Shown here one piece after another: positions 54,174-64,000 of a DNA stretch of 64,000 nucleotides. The notes under the pieces were generated by a model. That model was not told the origin of the DNA. It saw only the letters and a list, made by a program, of their open reading frames with translations, and made no database searches. Origin of the DNA: Felis catus (taxonomy: Eukaryota); contig NC_058368.1 in NCBI RefSeq assembly GCF_018350175.1, positions 171,184,001 to 171,248,000 on the forward strand, written 5' to 3'. Within the stretch, counting starts at the first letter, position 1. Each line of letters starts with the position of its first letter. Both the position numbers and the translations under genes were made by a program.

Positions 54174-54815
54174 TAGTCAATCCTCATTATTTGTGAATTT
54201 GCCTACTTGCTAAAATCTATTTGTAAGCCCAAAATCAATACTCGCAGGACTTTTGCAGTCATTAGTAGGCATCGAGTGCAAAAAATTTGAGTTGCTCCAT
54301 GTGCAAGTTCCCAGATGAGGTCAAACAATGCAATGTTCTGCCTTCTTGTTTCAGCTCTCATACTGTAAGTAAGTATTCTTTTCATGATCTATTTAGTGCA
54401 CATTTTTCACAGTTTTGTGCCTTTTGTCAGTGATTCTACAGTTTAAAAGGGCCCAAGAGTAGTGTCAAAGTGCTTCTAGTGCTCCTGAGTGCAAGAAGGC
54501 TGTGATGTGCTTAAGGGAGAAAAACAATGTGTTAGATAAGCTTCTCTCAGGCATAAGTTGTAGTGTTATTGGCCATGAGGTAAAAGTTACTGAATCAACA
54601 GTATATTAAATAAGGTGTCTTTACAGAGAAGCATACATAAAACAAGGTTATTGATCAGTTGATATAATGCTATGACCAGTCATTGGCAGGAAACTAACCA
54701 TGTATTTCCCCTAGGGGCAATGGTTCAGTATTCACTAATTCAGTGTATATGGCAGCTTTATAAAACACAACATGAGTACAGTATAGACTATAACTGCAAC
54801 AATGAAAATCAACTG
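54174..54815 (-). mobile_element. MER82 TcMar-Tigger non-autonomous DNA transposon, near full length
   Basis: TIR-like ends tagtcaatcctcattatttg / caacaatgaaaatcaactg followed by TA; internal 'ctgccttcttgtttcagctctcatactgtaa', 'gcaagaaggctgtgatgtgc', 'tgtatttcccctagg'. Confidence 0.88.
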
Positions 54816-55134
54816 TATATCCAAATCTGCATTAATTCATTCCAAGAATTCCCATTGCTAGCCACTCTAAAAGCAAAGTATAGTAGGTTTTCATAACAAA
54901 ACTACTCCTCCAAAGTAAATTTACTTGTTATATAAACTGAAAAATTGATTTAAGGAATCCACCCTTTTATAATAAAGGTGTTGAATATACCTCACCTGAA
55001 AGAGAACTGTGAGATAGCAAAAACAAAATTTAGTCTAAGAATGGAGATAAAAGAAAAAATAAAACAAAAACCATTATTGAACTGGGAGTTATCACTCCCT
55101 TTTCCACTTCCTGATTTAAATGTCACACCCTCTG

Positions 55135-55336
55135 AGGGTGCCTGGGTGGCTAAGTCAATTAAGGTTCAGACTCCATTTCGGTTCAGGTCGTGATCTCACT
55201 ATTCATGTATTCAAGCCCCTTGTCAGGCTCTGCACTGACAGCACCAAGCTTGCTTGGGATTCTCTCTCTCCCTCTCTCTTTGCCCCTCCCCTGCTTGTGC
55301 TCTCTCTCTTTCTCTCAAGATAAACTTTTAAAAAAA
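55135..55336 (+). mobile_element. CAN-SINE
   Basis: gggtgcctgggtggctaagtc...tgcttgggattctctctctccc; degenerate TSD aaatgtcacaccctct / aaatgccaagccctct. Confidence 0.92.
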
Positions 55337-55689
55337 TGCCAAGCCCTCTATCCCATCAGCCCACCAGATAGCAGAGAGATGACAGGCAACTATCACCAGC
55401 CATGAGGTTCTACTGACAAGGAGATCAGAGTCTCTTTGTTTATCTAATCTTCCAGGCCCACAAGAAAAGAGCTCAGTAGACATATACCTCCCTTCCTTTT
55501 CATCTTATAGAACAAAAACAGGTATGGCTTTCTCTACCACCCATCACCAGCTAATGCACCTCAGGATGGGCCCTGGCTCCAGGATAGAAAGAAAAGGTGA
55601 GTGGCCTAGTGCAAAGAATTAGGAGTATCTAAGACCACCTTCACTTTTAAAACCTAATGCAAGGTTAGAGGCTCCTTAAGACCCTCTCT

Positions 55690-55990
55690 GGCACCAGTCT
55701 CAAGTTTGAGTTTCCCCAAGACCATCCTCAGGTTCAACACAGTGCTAGAAGACCCAGGGAACTCAGCAAAAACCATTATACTCATGGTTATTATTTATTA
55801 TAGTGAAAGGTTATAGGTCAAAAAGTAGCCAAGGAAAGAGGCACATAGGACAGCAGTCAAGAGTTCCAGGCATGAGCCTCCAGTTGTCCTCTGCCAGTGG
55901 AATCATGCAAACAGTGCCTATTTCTCCCAGCAATCATCTCTGACAATATAGAGAGCACAGAGAATTGCCTACCCAGGGAAGACCACCCAA
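55690..55990 (-). mobile_element. ERVL LTR fragment (MER21 family)
   Basis: 'tccccaagaccatcctcaggttc...gctagaag...actcatggttattatttattatagtgaaagg...ccagttgtcctct'. Confidence 0.7.
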
Positions 55991-56283
55991 AGTACACCAG
56001 AATGTACATTTTTGTTTTATGACATCAATTTCTTTTTTTGGATAAGGAAAAAAGGGATTCCTGCCTCAAGGTTGTTCCTGGGAAAAACCAGAATGACTAT
56101 GGGATCCCAGCCACCTTTGGGTTACAAGCAAATAAATGGACAAACTTCCCTTTCCCAAACAACTGCAAATTATAAAGGAGGAAATCAATAAAAAATCATC
56201 TGGCTTATTGTCTGATTGTTTAATTATCTTGTTACAATCAGGAGTTTAATACTTGGAGTGAAAGCTCAAAATCATACTTTTTT

Positions 56284-56670
56284 GTACTAGTTTTCTAGGG
56301 CTTTTATATATAACACAATAACACAGAGTGGGTGGCTTAAACAACAGAAATTTATTTCTCACAATTCTAGACACAAAGTCCAAGATCAAGGTGCCAGCAG
56401 GGCTGGTTTCTTCTGAGACCTCTCTCTGGCTTGTAGATGGCTGTCTTCTCCCTATGTCCTCACAGGGTCTTCCCTCTATGTGTGTCTGTGTCCTAATCTC
56501 TTTTTCTCATAAGGACACCAATCATATTAAATTTATGTCCTTTATAATGACCTCATTTTAACTTAATTACCTCTTTAAAGACCTAATCTCCAAATACGTC
56601 ACCCTCTGAGGTACTGGGGGTTAAGATTTCAACATACAAATTTGGAGGTGGAAGTGGGGGTCAATTTAGT
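56284..56670 (-). mobile_element. MaLR solo LTR (MLT1B-like)
   Basis: 'gggtggcttaaacaacagaaatttatttctcacaattct...gtccaagatcaaggtgccagcagg...aaggacaccaatcat...ctctgaggtactgggggtta'. Confidence 0.9.
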
Positions 56671-59474
56671 ACTTGATACTTTTTACAATTAATGAATACA
56701 AAGCTGGTATTAGAACTTTATGACAGGACATCTAAGAATGGGATTAATAGCTAAAAGCCTTAGTGATTCTGGCCTGGAGCATGGCTTACATGTCTTAGAA
56801 GTAATTTAAGAAGTTGACCTAAGAGAATCCAATCAATGGAAAGTAAATCTTTCAATTATGTTATTGTCTACATAGATTCTATATTTTCTTTCCTAAAGAT
56901 ATTTAACTTTTATTATATGGACACAATAATTTACTACTGATTAATCTGCACCATGTGTGGACTCAGGATTTGACTCTTGGTAATGTTTGGTCCAACATTT
57001 TGTAAAGTAACAAAACTAGAAAACTACCTTTTTTTTTTTTTTTTTTTTTTTTCTTTTGTGTTAAGAGTACCTGTCTCAGGGATCAACTCCATAAGGCATT
57101 ATCTTTTTCTCATAAATATCGTTTTATTAACTTATCCTCACAACAGACATTTTCTTTATTTTCTTACGGTAATCATCTTAGGAAAAAGTGTTTGCCAGTA
57201 TTTGATAGCTATTTGTTAATAAAATTTTAATTCTGATGCTTACCATAAAGTGTTTAATATCATTTAATATTGTTATTGAGAATGACATCAGATAACACTA
57301 AAATAAAAATTACTCATATTTGCTTCAATTGTGGACATTCTGAATTTTTTCACCTAAAAAAGTCTCATGAGATTTGTATTCCCATCTGATAAGTGAGAGT
57401 CATGATCACATGTGACGGAGTCATTACTCAGACCCCTGATGCTGGTTAAAAACAGTCTCTAAAATAGGCTCTGTTGCTTTTCCTGGTGTCTTGGCTGCAC
57501 TGTACTACATCTACAACACTGCAGGTGTCTTTCATTCACTGCAGAGCAGTTTGTGCCATTGAATAACAGCAAGTGTGCATGTTCCACTTTCTATGCAGCT
57601 TTGACAGTTGGTTCCCCTTTTGCATCTCCATTCTGTCCCCTGGTGAATTCAATACCACATTAAGAAAGCACCCTACTATTGCTCACTCTTCAACAATAAT
57701 AGCTAACATTTGTCAGGATACACTAGGTTTCAGTTACGCTTCTTTCTGTGAAATGCATTCTCTTGCCTACAACATTCTCTTCTAGCCCACATCAAGGATC
57801 CCTTTGATTAGGACTTCCAAATTGCTATTTTCAACAATGATGTCTCTGAGTTCCAAACCAGTTTTTTCAAGTCCTTACTCAAATTCAGCAAGAACAAAAC
57901 TCAACTTTCAATGAATTCACCTTCCCTACCATTTCTCTATTTACAATAATCCTTTGTTGCATCGAAGTCCCAATCATTATATACTCAATATCTCGGAATC
58001 ATCTTCAACTCTCCGTTATCCCTCTTATTTGATTAGCTAGCAATTTCCACCCATGTCTCTCTTAAAAATTTTTTATTATTTGTATCTATTCCTACATCTC
58101 TATCCCAATAGATTAACACACCAAGGCAATAACTCTTTCTTTAAGTTTAGGTAACACCCTCATCACTCTTCATGTATGTATTCTCTTCATTTATCAGTGT
58201 TTGCTATGCACTTCTACCCAAATAGTCATCCTAATGTACAACTCTTATCATGCTATGTGTTTCCAAAATAAAATAGCTTTAGGATATACATCATAAAGTC
58301 CAACATTTATCTTAGTTTTCAGTGCCTTGTATGACCTGATCCTATTTGCTGTAGTTTCTTTTGAAGACCTCTTAAGTAAGAGGGAAAGGAAGAGAAGAAA
58401 GGATAAAAAGGAAAGGGAAGGAAAATGTAAAAGGAAAGATGGAAGAAGAGAGGAAAATGGAAAAGAATATCTTTGTTGGAAATGACAGCCACCAACTTCA
58501 AAATAAATTAACCACAAAAATGAAATCATTGACACATATAACTAGGAATGTAAGAGCTGAATTTGGCTTTTGAATAGTTGGATCCAGGGTCCTACATGAT
58601 ATCATTAGTACACTGTGTTTCTATTTCACAGCCCTGTTTTCCTCGGTGTCTGCTTTATTCTCAGTCAAGGTTTCTGTAAAAAGATGGAAATGATCTAAAC
58701 CAGTTTAGCAAGCCTATTTAGATAGCATTGGTTTACCTTACATCTTGTCCCCAACTCTGAGCCAATCACAGTGACCAAGGACAAATGATATGGTCATTAA
58801 TCTGACTTGAAATATATCCTCTTCCTTAGAGTTAGTCAGTGTGAGCCCCACCCGAACTAAATGGATGGAGAGTGGGGGAGAGGAAACTCTTCAAAAAGAT
58901 TGTGATGTGACATAACACATGTATGTAAGAACTAAATTTGTAAAAGTTAGTGAGAATACTTACCAATATGGAATTGCCAATTCTACTAATCATCCATTGG
59001 TGAGATCTTGTCAACTTAATTCAGTTTCCTTTTTACTTTACTTTCTTTCACTCACTCACACTCATACACACACAACAAACACAAAATAGGCATCGAATTT
59101 ATGCCACCAGCTGCTCCAAAAAAAAAACAAGATCCTCAAATGAACCTTGACAAAGTACTTCCAAAATTACAAATGACAAATGTGTATGGAGTTAAGTATG
59201 GGCTTTACATTGAAGATCCCCACAATATTAATTTATATATGTATAGAGCTATGGATTTTAAAGAACTCTCATGTTAAAGCTTTTTTTTTCTTTTCTTTTT
59301 TTTCTTTGTTGCTACTTATTAAACTTACATCTTAATGAAACGACGATGTTAGTTGAAAGTTGCTCTAAGCACAATGATGTTTTCAGGAGAAAACTATATG
59401 ACTTTTCAATTGCTTGTACTTATCAGTTTCTTTTTCTTTACTTTCTTTTTTTCTTTTGGGCAGAAGGTTTATGC

Positions 59475-60062
59475 AGAGCTAGAATAAACAATCCTAAAAT
59501 TTGTGTGGAACCACAGAAGACCTCAAACAGCCAAAGCAATCTTGAAAAAGAAAAGCAAAGCTGAAAGCATCACAATTCCGGACTTCAAGTTATATTACAA
59601 AGCTCTAGTGATCCAGACAGTATGGTAATGGCACAAAAACGGATACATAGATCAATAGAACAGAAGAGAAAACCCAGAAATTGACCCACAACTATATGGT
59701 CAATTAATCTTTAACAAAGCAGGAGAGAATACCAATGGAAAAAAAGACAGTCTCTTTAGCAAATGGTGATGGGAAAACTATACAGCAACATGCAAAAGAA
59801 TGAAACTGGACCACTTTCTTACACCATACAGAAAAATAAGTTCAAAATGTATGAAAGACTTAAATGTGAGACAGGAAACCATTAAAATCCTAGAAGAGAA
59901 CACAGGCACTAACTTCTTTGACCTCGGCCTGAACAACTTCTTTCTAGATAGGTCTCCTGAGGCAAGAGAAACAAGGGCAAAAATAAACTATTGGAACTAC
60001 ATCAAAATAAAAAAAAAATGTGCATAGCAAAGGAAACAATTAAAAAAAATAAAAGGTAACTT
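59475..60062 (+). mobile_element. Carnivore L1 ORF2 internal fragment
   Basis: ORF 59800-60027 ([33 protein letters not shown]) is L1 ORF2p. Confidence 0.95.
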
Positions 60063-60074
60063 TCATGTAAGGCC

Positions 60075-61722
60075 TTTTTTTTAAATATAGTTTCAAGTTT
60101 TTATTTAAATTCCAGTTAGTTAAAATACAGTGTAATATTAGTTTCAGATGTAGGATTTAATGTCATCACTTACATACAACACCCAGTGCTCATCACAAGT
60201 GTCCTCCTTAATACCCATCACCCATTTAACCCATCCTCCCACCACCTCCCTTCCAGCAGCCCTCAGTTTGTTCTCCATAGTTAAGAGTCTGTTTTATGGT
60301 TTGCCCTCTCCCTTTTTCCCCCACTATGTTCATTTATTTGGTTTCTTAAATTCCACATATGAGTGAAATCATATGGTATTTGTTTTTCTCTGACTTACTT
60401 CACTTAGCATAATAATCTCTAGCTCCATCCATGTTGTTGCAAATGGCAAGATTTCGTTCTTTATGGTTGAGTAATATTCCACTATATATACTCTATCCTC
60501 TTTATCCATTCATCTGTTGATGGACATTTGGGCTCATGGATTTGAAGAACAAATATTGTTAAAATGTCTATACTACCCAACATCTACACATTTAACACAC
60601 TTACTATCAAAATACCAACAGCATTTTTCACAGAAGCCAGGACAAAAAAATCCTAAAATTTGTATGGAACCACAAAAGACCCCAAATAACCAAAGTGATC
60701 TTGAAAAAGAAAAGCAATGCTGAAAGCATCACAATTCCAACTATGATTCAAACTATGTTACAAAGCTCTAGTGTTCAAGATAGTATGGTGCCAGCACAAA
60801 AACAGACACACAGATCAACAGAAAGCCCAGAAATGGACCCACAACTATATGTTCAACTAATCTTTGACAAAACAGGAAAGAATATCTAATGGAAAAAAGA
60901 TAGCCCCTACAGCAAAAGGTGTTGGGAAAACTGGACAGCAACATGCAAAAGAATAAAATTGGACCACTCTCCTACACCATACAGAAAAGTAAATTTGAAA
61001 TGGATGAAAGGCCTAAATGTGACACAGAATACCATTAAAATCCTAGAGGAAAGCATAGGCAGTAACCTCTTTCACATCGGCCTTAGCAACTTCTTTCTAG
61101 ATATGTCTCCAGAGGCAAGGGAAACAGAAGGAAAAATGAACTATTTGGACTTCATCAAGATAAAAGTCTTCTGCACAACGAAGGAAACAATCAACAAAAC
61201 TAAAAGGCAACCTTTGGAATGGAAGAAGATACTTGTAAATGACCTATCTGATGAAGGGTTAATATCCAAATATATAAAGAATTTATCAAACTCAACACCC
61301 AAAAAACACATAATCCAGTTTTAAAATGGGCAGAAGACATCAAGTTTTTCAAAGAAAACATCCAGATGGCTAACAGACATATGAAAAGATGCTCAAAGTT
61401 ACTCATCATCAGGGAAATACAAATCAAAACTACAATGATATCACTTCACACCTGTCAGAATGGCTAAAATTAATACCACAGGAAACAAAAGATGATGGTG
61501 GGGATGTGGAGAAAGGGCAAATCTCTTACACCATTGGTGGGAATGCGAACTGGTGCAGCCACTCTGGAAAACAGTGTGGAATTTCCTCAAAAAGCTAAAA
61601 ATAGAACTACCCTACAATCCAGCAATTGCACTACTAGGGATTTGCCCAAAGGATACAAAAATACTGATTGGAAGGGACACATGCACCCTGATGTTTATAG
61701 CAGCATTATCAACAATAGCCAA
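60075..61722 (-). mobile_element. 5'-inverted carnivore L1: 3' part on minus (60075-60535), inverted ORF2 part on plus (60532-61722)
   Basis: Poly(T) plus antisense 3'UTR, then sense ORF2 (ORFs 60959-61324, 61553-61738 [22 protein letters not shown]). Confidence 0.92.
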
Positions 61723-62286
61723 TCATATTAAATCCTAGGTGATCTGAATAACACCACCATGAAATACAGTTTTTCATTTTACACACAATGCATTCATTTC
61801 TCAGGAGACAGTAAAAGATAGTCCCCTGAAAACTTCTCAGTTGTCATGTAAAATTGGTCATTTCCTCCAGCTCTATTCTCATTCTTTCCAGTAAAGTTCC
61901 TTGTGAAGAAGGCATATGGAGGTGCCTCATACTGCCTCTGCCAGAGCTCATTTTTTAAGGGGTTGACAATTGTTCAGAGAGCACTGTATTTCCTCTTTGT
62001 TCTCCTGCCCAATGAGAAAATAAATTTCCATTGATCCCACCTCCACCCAAAGAATAGCCCAACTTCTTCCAAAATTATTTCTGCTTCTCCTTCCAATCAT
62101 ATGTCCTTCTGAGTTTTATAGTCAACCCAATGGGAAGCCAAAATCAAACCCAACCAACTGAGAAACATAAAAGTTCTTGTAACGAAGAATAAGAAAATGC
62201 TAATCTCTGCACTATTATTCCCAATACTTTTCTAAAACATAATTTAGCTAGTAAACTTTAATTCTCCTATGGCAGTGGCTATTTGT

Positions 62287-62354
62287 GTTTTGTTTGTTTG
62301 TTAATGTTTTTATTTATTTTTGAGACAGAGACAGAGCATGAGCAGGGGAGGGGC

Positions 62355-62387
<33 letters not shown>

Positions 62388-62518
62388 CAGAATCTGAAGA
62401 AGGCTCCAGGCTCTGACCTTCAGCACAGAGCCCGACTCGGGGCTCGACCTCACAGACCGTGAGATCATGACCTGAGCTGAAGTTGGCCGCTTAAATGACT
62501 GAGCCACCCAGGCACTCC
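62287..62518 (-). mobile_element. CAN-SINE (SINEC_Fc, young)
   Basis: Perfect 17-bp TSD tggcagtggctatttgt at 62270-62286 and 62519-62535. Confidence 0.97.
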
Positions 62519-62713
62519 TGGCAGTGGCTATTTGTAATATTCAGAAACACATTCTATAGTTTTAATGTTCTCAACAAGTGTAACTTTGACATTTTAAAAG
62601 GTATAAATTCAAAGAAATAATGTAAAACTATGGAAATCCCTGTTTTTTTAAATTCTTCTTCCATAATATTTCATAGTTGACTATACACAGTAGCTACTTT
62701 AAAATGTTTTCCT

Positions 62714-62883
62714 GGGGCACCTGGATGGCTCAGTCAGTTGACTGTCACAGTCTCACAGTGAGGTCACAGTCTCACAGTGTATGGGTTTGAGCCCCGCGTC
62801 GGCCTCTGTGCTGATGCCTCAGAGCCTGGCACCTGCTTTGGATCCTGTGTCTCCCTCTCTCTCTGCCTCTCCCCCACTTTGGT

Positions 62884-62915
<32 letters not shown>

Positions 62916-62935
62916 AAAAACAAATACATAAATAA
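62714..62935 (+). mobile_element. CAN-SINE (SINEC_Fc) with an internal 17-bp duplication
   Basis: Head ggggcacctggatggctcagtc; TSD-like taaaatg[t/c]tttc. Confidence 0.93.
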
Positions 62936-64000
62936 AATGCTTTCTTAAAATTAATTAAAGCATTGTCTTTGGAGATCCAAAATGCCAAACTTGCTAGAGA
63001 AAAACTTCTTTAATTCAGATCTCATTAATTCAGATTGCTCTTTCAATTAAGAACTAAATTGTCTACCTTAGTTCTAATAAGAAATGTGACATGACAATTA
63101 TATAATGTAATCATAACAGATATGAATTGAGTGCTGATTGGCAGTGCCAGGAATTACACTGTTTTATAGTATCTTATTAAATCTTTATAATGAATGTAAG
63201 TAATTAATCTGTTCTTTACAGGTGCAAAAACTAAATTTCAAAGAGAAACTAGCAAGGTGGTATCTATAGTGGTTAGAACCTAGCTACAAACACCAGGCTC
63301 TTATTCAACACACTGTACTCTTTCTCCTTCTAGGAGGTAATCACTTCTTGTAAGAGTGCATTAATTTGGTAATTTTTTTTATACATACCTTCAAGTAAAG
63401 CATCTTAGCAAGCAATATTTTGACAGCACATTTTATTTATCATGTACATCTATAAGTAATTAAATACATTTCTTTCTTGAGTTTTTTTAAATGTATCTTG
63501 TCATGAGTTGCTGAGACTTTCCTAGACCCCTCTACTAAATTTACTACCAGTTAGTATGTTTACACTCTGCATTCCATACCCATGACCCTCATTCTCATTA
63601 CTCATAATTTCTAATTCAATATTTGCTGCCATTTCAGTTTTCAAGAGTCCTATTAAATTCTTTGAATATCAAAGTTACATTTGTTGGAAAACACATTTGT
63701 TAGTCTCAGATTTTAATAATGAAGATAAATTGCTGCAGAGAGAGGTAGGAAACTAATCTTTCCTATATCCAGAAATACTGAATTTCCCACAAAAGCCTTA
63801 TTCTAATAATCTCATCTTTCCTGTAATGCTATTTCCCTAGTGGGAAGAACAGGTCAATGTGTTCCACAATTTTTGGACAACTTTGTATTTTGGATCAGAA
63901 ATGTATGGCAGTGAACAGCTGTGGAGAAAATAGAATGCAGTGTGCTGAATAAATACAGGCCAATTCACACTGAAATTAACTCTCACTGTTTTAGCACAAC

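Overview
This is AT-rich, CpG-poor mammalian nuclear DNA, almost certainly from a felid or other feliform carnivore, judged by abundant tRNA-derived CAN-SINEs of the SINEC_Fc type and carnivore/felid L1 3' ends. It looks intronic or intergenic. I recognise no protein-coding gene. The ORF track is explained by SINEs, L1 ORF2 debris, microsatellites and chance. Much of the window is interspersed repeat: about 21 CAN-SINEs (many with readable target-site duplications, TSDs), several L1 fragments, MaLR/ERVL solo LTRs, ancient DNA transposons (MER5A, MER20, MER82) and MIR/L2. The best-supported unusual items are (1) a tailless ~30-nt U5 snRNA 5' fragment inserted with a direct repeat inside an L1 3'UTR and (2) a twin-primed 5'-inverted L1 with junction microhomology. 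A few candidate exons and a TATA/first-exon-like unit lie in unique sequence and are speculative. I found no convincing novel biological system. Repeat subfamily names come from remembered consensus sequences, and the boundaries of old repeats are approximate.
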